A DNA stretch of 64,000 nt from Pedobacter sp. (lineage in GTDB: Bacteria; Desulfobacterota; Desulfuromonadia; Desulfuromonadales; Syntrophotaleaceae), in assembly GCA_050253415.1 (NCBI GenBank), contig JBFWJC010000005.1, forward strand, positions 136,984 through 200,983, given 5' to 3'. Shown here one piece after another: positions 51,674-60,853 of this stretch; position 1 is the stretch's first letter, and the number at the start of each line of letters is the position of its first letter. Made by a program: the position numbers and the translations under genes. Below the pieces are notes generated by a model. That model ran no database searches. It was given only the letters and a program-made list of their open reading frames with translations, and was not told where the DNA came from.

Positions 51674-52093
51674 CTAGGCCACTCCCTGATTGATCTCGCT
51701 AACCTGACTGTTCAGGGTCCAGAAGTCATAAAGAATTCCAAGCCCCAAGATGCCCCCAGTTAAAAGATAAACCAAGCCTGTGATCCATTTACCAAGATAA
51801 AAACGATGCACCCCCAACACGCCCAGGAACCCCAAAAGAAGCCAGGCGATATTATAGTCGATTCGGCCGGAGCTAAACCGCTCGCCAGCTTGACGATCCA
51901 TGCCGGGGATGAGGAACAGGTCGACAATCCAGCCGATAAAAAACAAGCCAAGAGTAAAAAAGTAGATAGTGCCACTGATGGGCTTGCCGTAGTAGAAGCG
52001 ATGTGCACCGATAAATCCAAAAATCCATAAAAGGTAACCGATGAGCAGGCTATGAGTATTGTTGTTATTCATGGTTTCAGCCTCCTTAGACAT
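51674..52093 (-). CDS. Double TM2 (NINE) domain membrane protein
   Basis: GAHRFYYGK and GVHRFYLGK repeats. Start may be the ATG at 52072. Confidence 0.88.
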   Translation of the reverse strand: MSKEAETMNNNNTHSLLIGYLLWIFGFIGAHRFYYGKPISGTIYFFTLGLFFIGWIVDLFLIPGMDRQAGERFSSGRIDYNIAWLLLGFLGVLGVHRFYLGKWITGLVYLLTGGILGLGILYDFWTLNSQVSEINQGVA

Positions 52094-52142
52094 AAAGTGA
52101 ATTCTTGCAATACTCGGCTATCTATTTATAAAATAAGGAATA

Positions 52143-53543
52143 CTAAATATCTCCACCAACAGATTCTCCTTGCGGTATCAGTGTCTCGCAGTTCAAATCA
52201 ATGTGTGCGTTTTCTTGCATGGAAACAGATAAAGCTTTTGTGTTCTGAATCCCCAGTTCGCGAAGCCCTTCTGCACGACGAACGAGATTCCCTCTTCCGG
52301 TAGACAGTCGCTTATGCGCCTGATCATAAGCCTGGCGTGCCTTTTCCAGATGATCTCCAACCTTTTCCAGCTCAGCCACAAATCGTACAAAATGATCGTA
52401 GAGGTTGCCAGCCTGTCTTGCAATCTCCATGGCGTTGCGATTCTGGTATTCATATCGCCAGATGTTCTGGATGGTTCGTAGCGTCACCAGCAAAGTCGAA
52501 GGAGAAACGATCATAATGTTGTGCTCGAAACACTTGCGGAATAGATTTTCATCCTCATCAAGGGCCAACATAAAAGCACCTTCGACAGGTATAAACATAA
52601 GCACAAAATCGAGACTGGTGATTTCGGGGAGCGTTTCGTACTGCTTCCCCTGCAATTCCTTGATGTGCGAATGCAGGGAAACCAGATGTTGTCTTATAGC
52701 CTGGGATTTTACTTCGTCGTCGGTAGCATTCACATACTTTTCATACGCCGTTAAAGACACTTTGGAATCAATAATAATGTCTTTATTCTCAGGCAAATGA
52801 ACAATGATATCAGGTCGTAGTTGGCGACCTTGCATATCGCGATAACTGCCTTGAGCTTCGTACTCCCGCCCTTTATGCAAGCCCGACTGCTCCAGAACAC
52901 GCTCAAGGATAACTTCCCCCCAATTGCCTTGTGTCTTTGATTGCCCCTTTAGTGCATTGGTAAGATTTACGGCGTCGGTTTGAATCTGCTGATTGAGATC
53001 TTGCAGCCTTATTACTTCTTGACGCAGGGAAAAACGTTCACGGGCTTCCTTCTGATAGGTATCGTCCACTTTTTTTCCGAAATCTTTGAGTTGCTCTCGA
53101 AAAGGAGTTAACAACTGGTCGAGATTTGCGCGACTCTGATCTGTGAACCTGCGACTTTTCTCCTCAAAAATACGGTTCGCAAGATTCTGAAATTCAAGAC
53201 GCAACTGTTCTCTGGACTCCTGCAGAAGTACCAGTTTTTCATTGGCCTGCTTACGCTCTTCGTTAAGCCGGGTTTCCAACTCAGCATTGCTCACTGTCGC
53301 AGCTGAAAGGGACTGTGAAATCTCCCTGCGTTCCAGCTCCGCTTCCCGCAGGCGCACATTTAACGCAGTTATCTCCTGCACACGGGCATCTAACCGTTCT
53401 TCCAGAACTAATTTTGTTGCCGATGCTTGCTGTTGCAAAGCAAGGATGTCGAGTTCTGCACGGCGCTTCATCAGGACAGAGGCTAGCAGCGCACCGAAAA
53501 TCCCCCCGCCTCCAATTGAGACGAAAATAATCAACAGATCCAT
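52143..53543 (-). CDS. rmuC: DNA recombination protein RmuC
   Basis: N-terminal TM plus coiled coil, QGNWGEVILERVLE, RPDIIVHLP, IDSKVSL, FVLMFIPVE. Confidence 0.93.
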   Translation of the reverse strand: MDLLIIFVSIGGGGIFGALLASVLMKRRAELDILALQQQASATKLVLEERLDARVQEITALNVRLREAELERREISQSLSAATVSNAELETRLNEERKQANEKLVLLQESREQLRLEFQNLANRIFEEKSRRFTDQSRANLDQLLTPFREQLKDFGKKVDDTYQKEARERFSLRQEVIRLQDLNQQIQTDAVNLTNALKGQSKTQGNWGEVILERVLEQSGLHKGREYEAQGSYRDMQGRQLRPDIIVHLPENKDIIIDSKVSLTAYEKYVNATDDEVKSQAIRQHLVSLHSHIKELQGKQYETLPEITSLDFVLMFIPVEGAFMLALDEDENLFRKCFEHNIMIVSPSTLLVTLRTIQNIWRYEYQNRNAMEIARQAGNLYDHFVRFVAELEKVGDHLEKARQAYDQAHKRLSTGRGNLVRRAEGLRELGIQNTKALSVSMQENAHIDLNCETLIPQGESVGGDI

Positions 53544-53639
53544 ATCAATCCATTTACCTTTTGTGCGGTTACGTGTTCATGTTGAAGCATGAAAAACCAA
53601 AAGGCTGACTCTGCAGAGTTATAAAAAAATGGCAACAGT

Positions 53640-54170
53640 TCAGTTTTGTCCATATGTATTAAAGAAAACCTTATCGTAATTAAGCGATTCCTGGGGATGA
53701 GGCCGCTTGGTTTCGTCAGGATAACCAAGGCTGATAATCGATGCCACCTCAAGGTTCTCAGGGATCTGTAACAACTGTTGAATATAGTGTTGGGCTGACG
53801 TAGTGCTGCTATGTTGGCGCAATCGAATCTGGACCCAGCAACTGCCAAGCCCCATTTCTTCGGCTGCAAGTTGAAGGATGGTGGCCGCTACGGAGCAATC
53901 CTCCACCCAGACGTCGCAACGCTCGGGATCCGCTATCAAAACCACAGCCAATGCTGCGCCTTTTAAAAAACCGGCCCCATGTTCCTTGCTGCGGCCAAGT
54001 TTAGCAAGTAAACCAGGTTCAGTCACAAATATAAACTGCCACGGATTAAGGTTTCGAGAAGAAGGGGAACGCAGCAAAGCTTCAATAAGAGTTTCGATTT
54101 TCTCTTTTTCTATGGGACGGGGTTGGTATTTCCGGATACTGCGGCGCTTTTTTAACAAAGATAGTAGCAT
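53640..54170 (-). CDS. Nitroreductase-family protein, copy B
   Basis: KRRSIRKY, SPSSRNLNPWQF, GLGSCWVQIR. Confidence 0.9.
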   Translation of the reverse strand: MLLSLLKKRRSIRKYQPRPIEKEKIETLIEALLRSPSSRNLNPWQFIFVTEPGLLAKLGRSKEHGAGFLKGAALAVVLIADPERCDVWVEDCSVAATILQLAAEEMGLGSCWVQIRLRQHSSTTSAQHYIQQLLQIPENLEVASIISLGYPDETKRPHPQESLNYDKVFFNTYGQN

Positions 54171-54230
54171 GGCTTTTCCTCCTGTAAGAGATATCATCCA
54201 GGCTGTTTTTCTGCAGGACAACCCTGCAGG

Positions 54231-54761
54231 TTATTGCCGCAGATAAAGATTTTTATGGATTTTATGCGTGGGCAGGGAGTCACGAGAATGCGCAGCGATA
54301 GCAGCAACGGGATAGCCAATTCCGATAATGGAGGCGACCTCAAGGTGTTCTGGCAGGTGTAAAAGCTGCCTCATTATCGCTGTGGCGGATCTACCTGATT
54401 CATGCGGACGACTACGAATCTGGGACCAGCAACTGCCCAAACCAAGATCCTCTGCAGCAAATTGAACTATGGTAGCCGCAACGGCACAATCCTCTATCCA
54501 GACGTCGCTAATTGTAGGGTCTCCGCATATCACAACACTTAAAGGTGCCTTGGATAAAAAGCCAGCTCCTTTGGGTTTGGCGGTAGACAATAAAGCAGCA
54601 ATTTTGGGATCGGTAACTAGTATGAATTCCCAGGGATGGCGCCCTTTCGATGTTGGCGAACGTAGGAGCGCCTCGGTCAGAAGTTCTATCTTGTCACTCT
54701 CTATCTGACGTTGATCGAAGCTGCGGATGCTGCGGCGTTTTCGCAATAGGTCTATAAACAT
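54231..54761 (-). CDS. Nitroreductase-family protein, copy A
   Basis: KRRSIRSF, SPTSKGRHPWEF, GLGSCWSQIR. Confidence 0.9.
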   Translation of the reverse strand: MFIDLLRKRRSIRSFDQRQIESDKIELLTEALLRSPTSKGRHPWEFILVTDPKIAALLSTAKPKGAGFLSKAPLSVVICGDPTISDVWIEDCAVAATIVQFAAEDLGLGSCWSQIRSRPHESGRSATAIMRQLLHLPEHLEVASIIGIGYPVAAIAAHSRDSLPTHKIHKNLYLRQ

Positions 54762-54857
54762 ATCGAAAACCTCCTAAAACCCTTATATTTTCAATTACTT
54801 CTAAAGATTAACAGGTGCTGGCCAAGAATACAAGGGGTCGGTATGAAAGAGGCAGGA

Positions 54858-55217
54858 TTAACAAAAATCAGAAGTTTGATGTTTCAGTAAAGTCATTTCG
54901 TTTTTATGATACAGATCAAAAAATACGACACTCTTGTCCGACAAGTGGCCACAGAGATGGCACTGGCGGACAAGTTTTTCACGTTCCTTCCGACAAATCT
55001 CACACCAATGGTAAATGATCCGATAATCGCGGCGTCCCACATATTTTTTTAATCGTCCATGGTGTTTGCCATGCATAACGCCATCAGCATCGGACGGATT
55101 TTCAAGAAGCCTTGCGATCACCTTGCTGATACGTTTATAGCCGGAGGGATCTTTTTTCCTTATTTTGGATAATTTTACGGAAAAAGAGGACGTCGGGTAA
55201 TATTGATAGGTAGTCAT
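54858..55217 (-). CDS. RelE/ParE-like toxin-fold protein with CxxC...CxxC insertion
   Basis: Basic 119-aa protein with RelE-like pattern (F.K.LSKI...RI..VIARLLENP...KYVG.RDYRIIY...VVF..L.H) plus CEIC and CHLC. Confidence 0.65.
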   Translation of the reverse strand: MTTYQYYPTSSFSVKLSKIRKKDPSGYKRISKVIARLLENPSDADGVMHGKHHGRLKKYVGRRDYRIIYHWCEICRKEREKLVRQCHLCGHLSDKSVVFFDLYHKNEMTLLKHQTSDFC

Positions 55218-55229
55218 AGCGAACTTATT

Positions 55230-55505
55230 TTAAGGAACCTGAAGAAGAGAACGAAGTTTGTGAATCTTTTTATCGATTGCCTGCGATACACGCCTCTCAC
55301 CAAACATATACATGAGTTGTTCAGACATAAGAATAACATCGGCAAGTTCATCGATAATATGGTCTTCCGACACCCTGCCCCGTTTGAAATGTTTAAGCGC
55401 AGCAATCAATTCAGCGCATTCTTCGATGGTCTGATCGTATTGAGCTTCTTCACCCCATTTTTCAAGCGTCGCTTGAAAAATATCATTATAATTCTGTTTA
55501 TCCAT
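55230..55505 (-). CDS. MazG-like (all-alpha NTP pyrophosphatase) small protein
   Basis: EECAELI...DELADV, the EExxE / ExxD signature. Start at MDKQNY. Confidence 0.75.
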   Translation of the reverse strand: MDKQNYNDIFQATLEKWGEEAQYDQTIEECAELIAALKHFKRGRVSEDHIIDELADVILMSEQLMYMFGERRVSQAIDKKIHKLRSLLQVP

Positions 55506-55688
55506 AAAAAGACATCCCTTACGAAGAGTATTTAGATTGCAATGCACATGAATGGTTATCTCAAAGCACAGATCAAAAGGCTAAGGTGAAACCTGAAATC
55601 TAAACCAATGAAGTACAGGGCAAAAACAGGCAGATGGGCACTCAGAGGACAATTCGGCAGCAAAAACAATGAATACCGATAATTTTCA

Positions 55689-56192
55689 TCAGGGCGTTTG
55701 CATTGCGGTACGCGAAGCAGGCAAACGGCAAGGCACATCTATCTTGATGATTTCGCCTCTTTTTTTGATGAAAATGTTTTTGTGTTTCATGGAGGGTTCG
55801 TATTCGGAACTCATGCATTTTAATGAGTAATTGGTCCCATTTTCAAGTCCGGGGATAAAAGCCGGCACGGGATACTCAATATCATCAAGGACACATATCA
55901 CGACTTTATCAAGAGGTTTTTCTCCGGTATCCCATAATTGGTTATCATTGAGATCAAGATAGGCGTCGATAATGACAGTACCGTTATCAGTCGGCATAAG
56001 AGGCGCACCTCCAAAAAATAGATTGAAGATGTTATCCTTTTTTACGCCCTCATTTTTGATATTGAACTCGGCTCCTGCCTCATCGGCCCATGCCGAGGAC
56101 ACTCCGCAGGAAAGGTCAACCAAAGCAACACTTAATATAAACATGGCAAGAGAGAGGATGAAACTTATATTTTTAATCATTACCGACTCCAT
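55689..56192 (-). CDS. Hypothetical exported protein with SdrD-B-like calcium-binding loop
   Basis: Signal peptide ending AWA, YLDLNDNQLWDTGEKPL. Confidence 0.6.
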   Translation of the reverse strand: MESVMIKNISFILSLAMFILSVALVDLSCGVSSAWADEAGAEFNIKNEGVKKDNIFNLFFGGAPLMPTDNGTVIIDAYLDLNDNQLWDTGEKPLDKVVICVLDDIEYPVPAFIPGLENGTNYSLKCMSSEYEPSMKHKNIFIKKRGEIIKIDVPCRLPASRTAMQTP

Positions 56193-56358
56193 GAGGCTAA
56201 TGAGCGAATTTGGGGGTAGACTCCTGAAAAAACGCTACTTGACGGCCCATTATAGCTTTAATCGTGATTGCCTGCCAACAGGCAAAAATTTGCACCTATA
56301 TAAGGTACCGTATTTATAAGGATAAAATTATCGTCTCAATCGTACTGATGGGGTCTCC

Positions 56359-56679
56359 ATGCAAAAAGTGCTGATCACCTTTTTTTTATCGTGTTGTATT
56401 ATTTCCTGTAACCGCAACGTTCTGGATAAAGAAAAAACGCTGAATTTACCTTTGGAAATCGGTAGCCAGCAGGCTAAAGCCGAGTCTCCACCTCGACCTG
56501 ACGATAAAAAGGTGCATTTCCCCCATGGGCCACATGCCTCAGCCATAGAATGCAATACTTGCCATATTGGTGCCTCAAGACGCCCCTCTATCGATCAATC
56601 CCTGGGGCATGGATTCTGTCTGGAATGCCATCGCCAGAAACATAATGGCCCGACCGAGTGCTCAGGATGCCATAAATAA
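56359..56679 (+). CDS. Triheme cytochrome c7 (PpcA-like), predicted lipoprotein
   Basis: V.FPH..H, CNTCH, H..CLECH, GPTECSGCHK, N-terminal lipobox-like IISC. Confidence 0.85.
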   Translation: MQKVLITFFLSCCIISCNRNVLDKEKTLNLPLEIGSQQAKAESPPRPDDKKVHFPHGPHASAIECNTCHIGASRRPSIDQSLGHGFCLECHRQKHNGPTECSGCHK

Positions 56680-56694
56680 TTATCGTAATTATTA

Positions 56695-56734
56695 TTTAAA
56701 AAGGCTCCCCTGATACCAGGAAAGCCTTTTTAAA
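56695..56734. terminator. Bidirectional terminator between the cytochrome gene and hydF
   Basis: TTTAAAAAGGCT...CCTG-atac-CAGG...AGCCTTTTTAAA. Confidence 0.7.
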
Positions 56735-56763
56735 AGAAATTCGCCTACTTATAAGCAAACGAT

Positions 56764-58014
56764 TTAATTCGCCGGATTGAGCAATGCCGGAGCCATTTCG
56801 CGATAGATATCCTCCGCCGCAGGAAAAGGCTTAAGAGCACGCTCAAATATACCCAGGGAGTAAGCAATCGTAAGGCCGTAATTGCTACACGGTACTCCAG
56901 CCTCCTGGCAGCGCATAATGCGCGAAAGAACCTCACGCCGATTCCACATGCAGGAACCACAATTAATGACAAATTTATAGGAGGAAATATCCTCGGGGAA
57001 ATCATGTCCTTGAACATGGACAAAATCAAGTTTCCCTCCAACATATTGCTGTAACCATCTGGGAATCTTAATCCGACCGATATCCTCTCCTATGGGATGG
57101 TGGCTGCACGACTCTGCTATCAGGACTTTGTCACCTGGCACCAAATTTTCGATGGCCATGGTACCGCGTACATAAGCCGACAAATCCCCCTTGAATCTGG
57201 CGAAAAGGATCGAAAAAGACGTCATAAGGATGTTGTCAGGAGTGTCACCGGCAACTTTCAGAAATGCCTGCGAATCGGTGACAACCAAAGCCGGAGGCCG
57301 ATTAAGGCGATCAAGTGCATCGCGTAACTCCCTTTCTTTAACGACCAGACAATAGGCGTCGTTATCCAGAATATCGCGAATCGCCTGTACCTGAGGCAAG
57401 ATCAGACGCCCTTTAGGCGCTTCCATATCGATGGGCACCACCAGAACCGCCATTTCGCCGGAGGGTACTAAGTCACCGACAATTGATGGAGGATTAATGA
57501 ATTCCTCGGGGACGGTGCGGACCAGGGCTTCGCGTAAGTCGAGGATGCCCTCGCCTTTTTCAGCTGCCGTAGATACAAAGGGAACATTGAGTTGAGAAAA
57601 TCGTTCAAGATGTTTTGGGTCGGGCTGAGCGACATCAATTTTATTAAACACCACGACCACGGGTGTTTCACGCCGTTGCAGTTCTGCAAGAATGGCTTCT
57701 TCAAAATCGCCCCATATCCCTGCTTCGGTCACGATGAGCCCGATATCGGTGCGGTCGAAAACCTGCCGGGTCTTCTGGACGCGCATTTCGCCCAAAGCGC
57801 CGACATCATCGATACCGGCTGTATCGATAAAAAGGCACGGCCCGATAGGGAGCATTTCCATGGGTTTTTCAACAGCGTCGGTTGTTGTGCCCGCCACGTT
57901 GGAAACAATGGATACATTCTGTCGGGTCAACGCATTCAGCAGGGAAGATTTGCCTACGTTACGACGACCAAACAGACCGATATGCAGACGCATTCCTTTA
58001 GGAGTCGATTTCAT
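56764..58014 (-). CDS. hydF: [FeFe]-hydrogenase maturation GTPase HydF
   Basis: GRRNVGKSS, GTTTD, DTAG, NKID, PKGRLILPQVQ, CSHH, NCGSC. Confidence 0.96.
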   Translation of the reverse strand: MKSTPKGMRLHIGLFGRRNVGKSSLLNALTRQNVSIVSNVAGTTTDAVEKPMEMLPIGPCLFIDTAGIDDVGALGEMRVQKTRQVFDRTDIGLIVTEAGIWGDFEEAILAELQRRETPVVVVFNKIDVAQPDPKHLERFSQLNVPFVSTAAEKGEGILDLREALVRTVPEEFINPPSIVGDLVPSGEMAVLVVPIDMEAPKGRLILPQVQAIRDILDNDAYCLVVKERELRDALDRLNRPPALVVTDSQAFLKVAGDTPDNILMTSFSILFARFKGDLSAYVRGTMAIENLVPGDKVLIAESCSHHPIGEDIGRIKIPRWLQQYVGGKLDFVHVQGHDFPEDISSYKFVINCGSCMWNRREVLSRIMRCQEAGVPCSNYGLTIAYSLGIFERALKPFPAAEDIYREMAPALLNPAN

Positions 58015-59423
58015 CGCGGTACCTTGTTTATGGGCGTACCCAAGCGGGTAACGCTTTCGGGTGAGATAAGTTCGTCAAATGAATCTTCGGTGACCAGACC
58101 GCTTTCAATGGCCAGGTCACGAAGCCCGCGACCGGTTTCGCCAACTTGTTTTGCCAGTTCTGTCGCTTTTTCGTAGCCAATAAGGCTGACCAGAGCCGTG
58201 ACGCTGGCTGTAGAATTAACGACATGCTGCCGACAGCGTGCTTCATTGGCCTCCAATTGTTCAACGCAAAAGCGACGGAATATGCGGCAGGCACCGCTTA
58301 AAAGATCAAGACTGCCAAGCAGGGCGTCGGCTACCAGAGGCAGGAAAGGATTGAGCTCCAGGTGCCCCATTGCACATGCCTGGGCAATCGCCTGATCATT
58401 GGCCATCACGACCATGGCAGCCTGAGAAACTGCTTCAGGAATGACCGGGTTGACCTTTCCGGGCATAATGGAAGACCCGGCCTGGCGGTGCGGCAAGCGG
58501 ATCTCACCGATACCCGCATCGGGCCCTGAAGACATAAACCGTAAGTCCCCGGATACTTTAAGAAGATTAATGGCCAAAGCTTTGAGTATCCCGCTGACTT
58601 CAACAAAAACATCAACATTCTGAGTAGCATCGATAAGGTTTTCAGCCCTGGCGAGGCCGAGACCGGTAATGGCCCGCAGTTTTTCCACCACCTTGAAGAT
58701 GTATTGTCTGGGCGCTGCAAGCCCGGTACCGATAGCGGTACCCCCTAAATTGACAACCCGCAGCCGTTCTTCACACTTGTAGATCCGCCAGCGATCCCTG
58801 GCAAAAGCATCGGCATATGCGGACATTTCACGGCCCAGCGTGGTCAGAGCTGCATCCTGCAACTGAGTGCGGCCGATTTTAACAACATGGGCCAGCTTCT
58901 TTTCCTGGGACTGAAATGCTTCAAGCAGAGCGACAACCTCCCTTTCAAGTTGCCTTAATTGCTGAATAGCGGCAACTTTGAGAGCTGTCGGATAGGTGTC
59001 GTTGGTGGATTGATGGCGATTAATATCCTCCAAGGGGCTTATTGTAGCGTAATCCCCGAGAGGCATTTCAAGCAATTGCAGAGCACGATTCGCAAGAACC
59101 TCGTTCACATTCATATTGGTAGAGGTTCCAGCGCCACCCTGCAGAGCATCTACCATGATATGCCCGTCCAGCTGCCCTTCCATCAATTCATGGCAGGCGC
59201 GCTCAATAGCCTGGGCCTTTTCCTCGGGCCAGCATCCTAGTTCACGGTTGGTCTGGGCACATGCAAGCTTAACCGCCCCAAATGCGTGCACCAGCGCCTT
59301 GTTAACTTTGCGCCCTGCCAGTGGGAAGTTTTCCAGAGCCCTGACGGTATGGATACCGTATAACGCACGCTCAGGCACTTCCGACTCTCCAAGAAAGTCT
59401 TTTTCAGTACGAAAATCGCTCAT
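58011..59423 (-). CDS. aspA: Aspartate ammonia-lyase
   Basis: RTEKDFLG, GGAGTSTNMNVNEV, QSTNDTYPT, GRTQLQDA, GSSIMPGKVNPVIPE. ATG 59423 directly follows the hydG stop. Confidence 0.92.
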   Translation of the reverse strand: MSDFRTEKDFLGESEVPERALYGIHTVRALENFPLAGRKVNKALVHAFGAVKLACAQTNRELGCWPEEKAQAIERACHELMEGQLDGHIMVDALQGGAGTSTNMNVNEVLANRALQLLEMPLGDYATISPLEDINRHQSTNDTYPTALKVAAIQQLRQLEREVVALLEAFQSQEKKLAHVVKIGRTQLQDAALTTLGREMSAYADAFARDRWRIYKCEERLRVVNLGGTAIGTGLAAPRQYIFKVVEKLRAITGLGLARAENLIDATQNVDVFVEVSGILKALAINLLKVSGDLRFMSSGPDAGIGEIRLPHRQAGSSIMPGKVNPVIPEAVSQAAMVVMANDQAIAQACAMGHLELNPFLPLVADALLGSLDLLSGACRIFRRFCVEQLEANEARCRQHVVNSTASVTALVSLIGYEKATELAKQVGETGRGLRDLAIESGLVTEDSFDELISPESVTRLGTPINKVPR

Positions 59424-59424
59424 A

Positions 59425-60849
59425 TCAAAAGTAAATGTCGTGTGCGCCACGCTCTTTGATTTCTTCCAACTGCTTAAGGGTTCGGTTTTTCATTTCCCCC
59501 TCTTCCATTTTGGCGAGCTCTTCAGCGATCAACTTTTCTCCTACGGCGCGTGTTTCTTCGGAAGCGTAGTCGACCAGGTACTCTTCGAGGGTCAAAAGGG
59601 CATTGGGGGTACAGTAACGTTTAATGAATCCGGGAATACTGAATTCCATAAAGTGCTCGCCTGTACGACCGCTGCGGTAACAGGAAGTGCAAAAGCTGGG
59701 AACGTAGCCGTCACTCATCAGCTGGCACATGACCTCATCCAAGGAGCGGACATCCCCAAGACTGAATTGCTCACGCTCCATAACCTGGGCATCACCGGCT
59801 TCGGTGTAGCCTCCCAACTCGATGCGGCTTCCGGCATCGATCTGCGAAACACCAAACGACATGAGCTCTTTGCGTAACTCAGGTTTTTCCCGAGCAGTGA
59901 GAATCAACCCCGTATAGGGAACAGCCAGTCTCAAAATAGCGATAACACGTTTAAACTCTTCATCTTCGACAAAATAACGTTCATCGAACTCAACCCCGGA
60001 TGCGGGTCTCAAGCGCGGGAAGCTAAGCGTGTGCGGACCGACGTTGTAGCGTTCCTGAAGATGCAATGCATGGCGAACCATGGCAAGAACTTCGAAACGC
60101 CAATCGTAAAGACCGAACAGAACACCAAGACCGACATCATCCACGCCTGCTTCAAAAGCACGGCTCAAACCGTCAAGACGGTAAAGATAATCCCCTTTAC
60201 GGGTGTTGCCCGGGTGCATATTGGCATAGGTTTCATGGTGATAGGTTTCCATGAATATCTGGTAAGTACCAATGCCGGATTCTTTGACCTTCTTGTACCC
60301 TTCGTGATCAAGAGGAGCTGCATTTATATTGACCCGACGTATTTCACCATGACCTGAACGGACGGAGTAAACGTTGCGCACCGTATCAGCGATGAAATCG
60401 GCATCATATTTAGGGTGCTCACCAAAAACGAGAATCAGACGCTTATGCCCTTTATCCTCAAGCGCGACAACCTGTTGGCCGATCTCGTCAGGCGTAAGAG
60501 TACGCCTCACCGCCTCAAAGTTGGAGCGTTTAAAAGCACAGTAGGTGCAGTCGTTAATACAGTCATTACCGATATATAAAGGGGCAAACAGTACAATCCG
60601 ATTGCCATATACGTTTTTTTTAAGTTGTCTGGCCGCATCGAAAATTTCTTCAAGCAACTCAGGGTCATCGGTTAAAACAAGTTCAGCCGTTTCTTCTACA
60701 GAGAGAGCTTCCTTAGCCAAACTTTTTGCGACAATCTCCCTTATGCGAGCCGCATCAGGCTTTTTTCCAGAGAGAAGTCCGTTCAGGTGGTTTTCATCGA
60801 TAAAATCGACTGCTTTGCTGCTTAAATCCATAGATGGCAATGCGCACAT
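59425..60849 (-). CDS. hydG: [FeFe]-hydrogenase maturation radical SAM enzyme HydG
   Basis: RIVLFAPLY...CINDCTYC, GPHTLSFPRLRPA, C-terminal PSFCTSCYR...C. Confidence 0.96.
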   Translation of the reverse strand: MCALPSMDLSSKAVDFIDENHLNGLLSGKKPDAARIREIVAKSLAKEALSVEETAELVLTDDPELLEEIFDAARQLKKNVYGNRIVLFAPLYIGNDCINDCTYCAFKRSNFEAVRRTLTPDEIGQQVVALEDKGHKRLILVFGEHPKYDADFIADTVRNVYSVRSGHGEIRRVNINAAPLDHEGYKKVKESGIGTYQIFMETYHHETYANMHPGNTRKGDYLYRLDGLSRAFEAGVDDVGLGVLFGLYDWRFEVLAMVRHALHLQERYNVGPHTLSFPRLRPASGVEFDERYFVEDEEFKRVIAILRLAVPYTGLILTAREKPELRKELMSFGVSQIDAGSRIELGGYTEAGDAQVMEREQFSLGDVRSLDEVMCQLMSDGYVPSFCTSCYRSGRTGEHFMEFSIPGFIKRYCTPNALLTLEEYLVDYASEETRAVGEKLIAEELAKMEEGEMKNRTLKQLEEIKERGAHDIYF

Positions 60850-60853
60850 GATA

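Noticed and set aside
55214..55405. 63-aa ORF overlapping the RelE-like start as a hidden antitoxin
   Set aside because: It overlaps the MazG-like gene in another frame, is basic and Cys-rich, and shows no antitoxin features or RBS.
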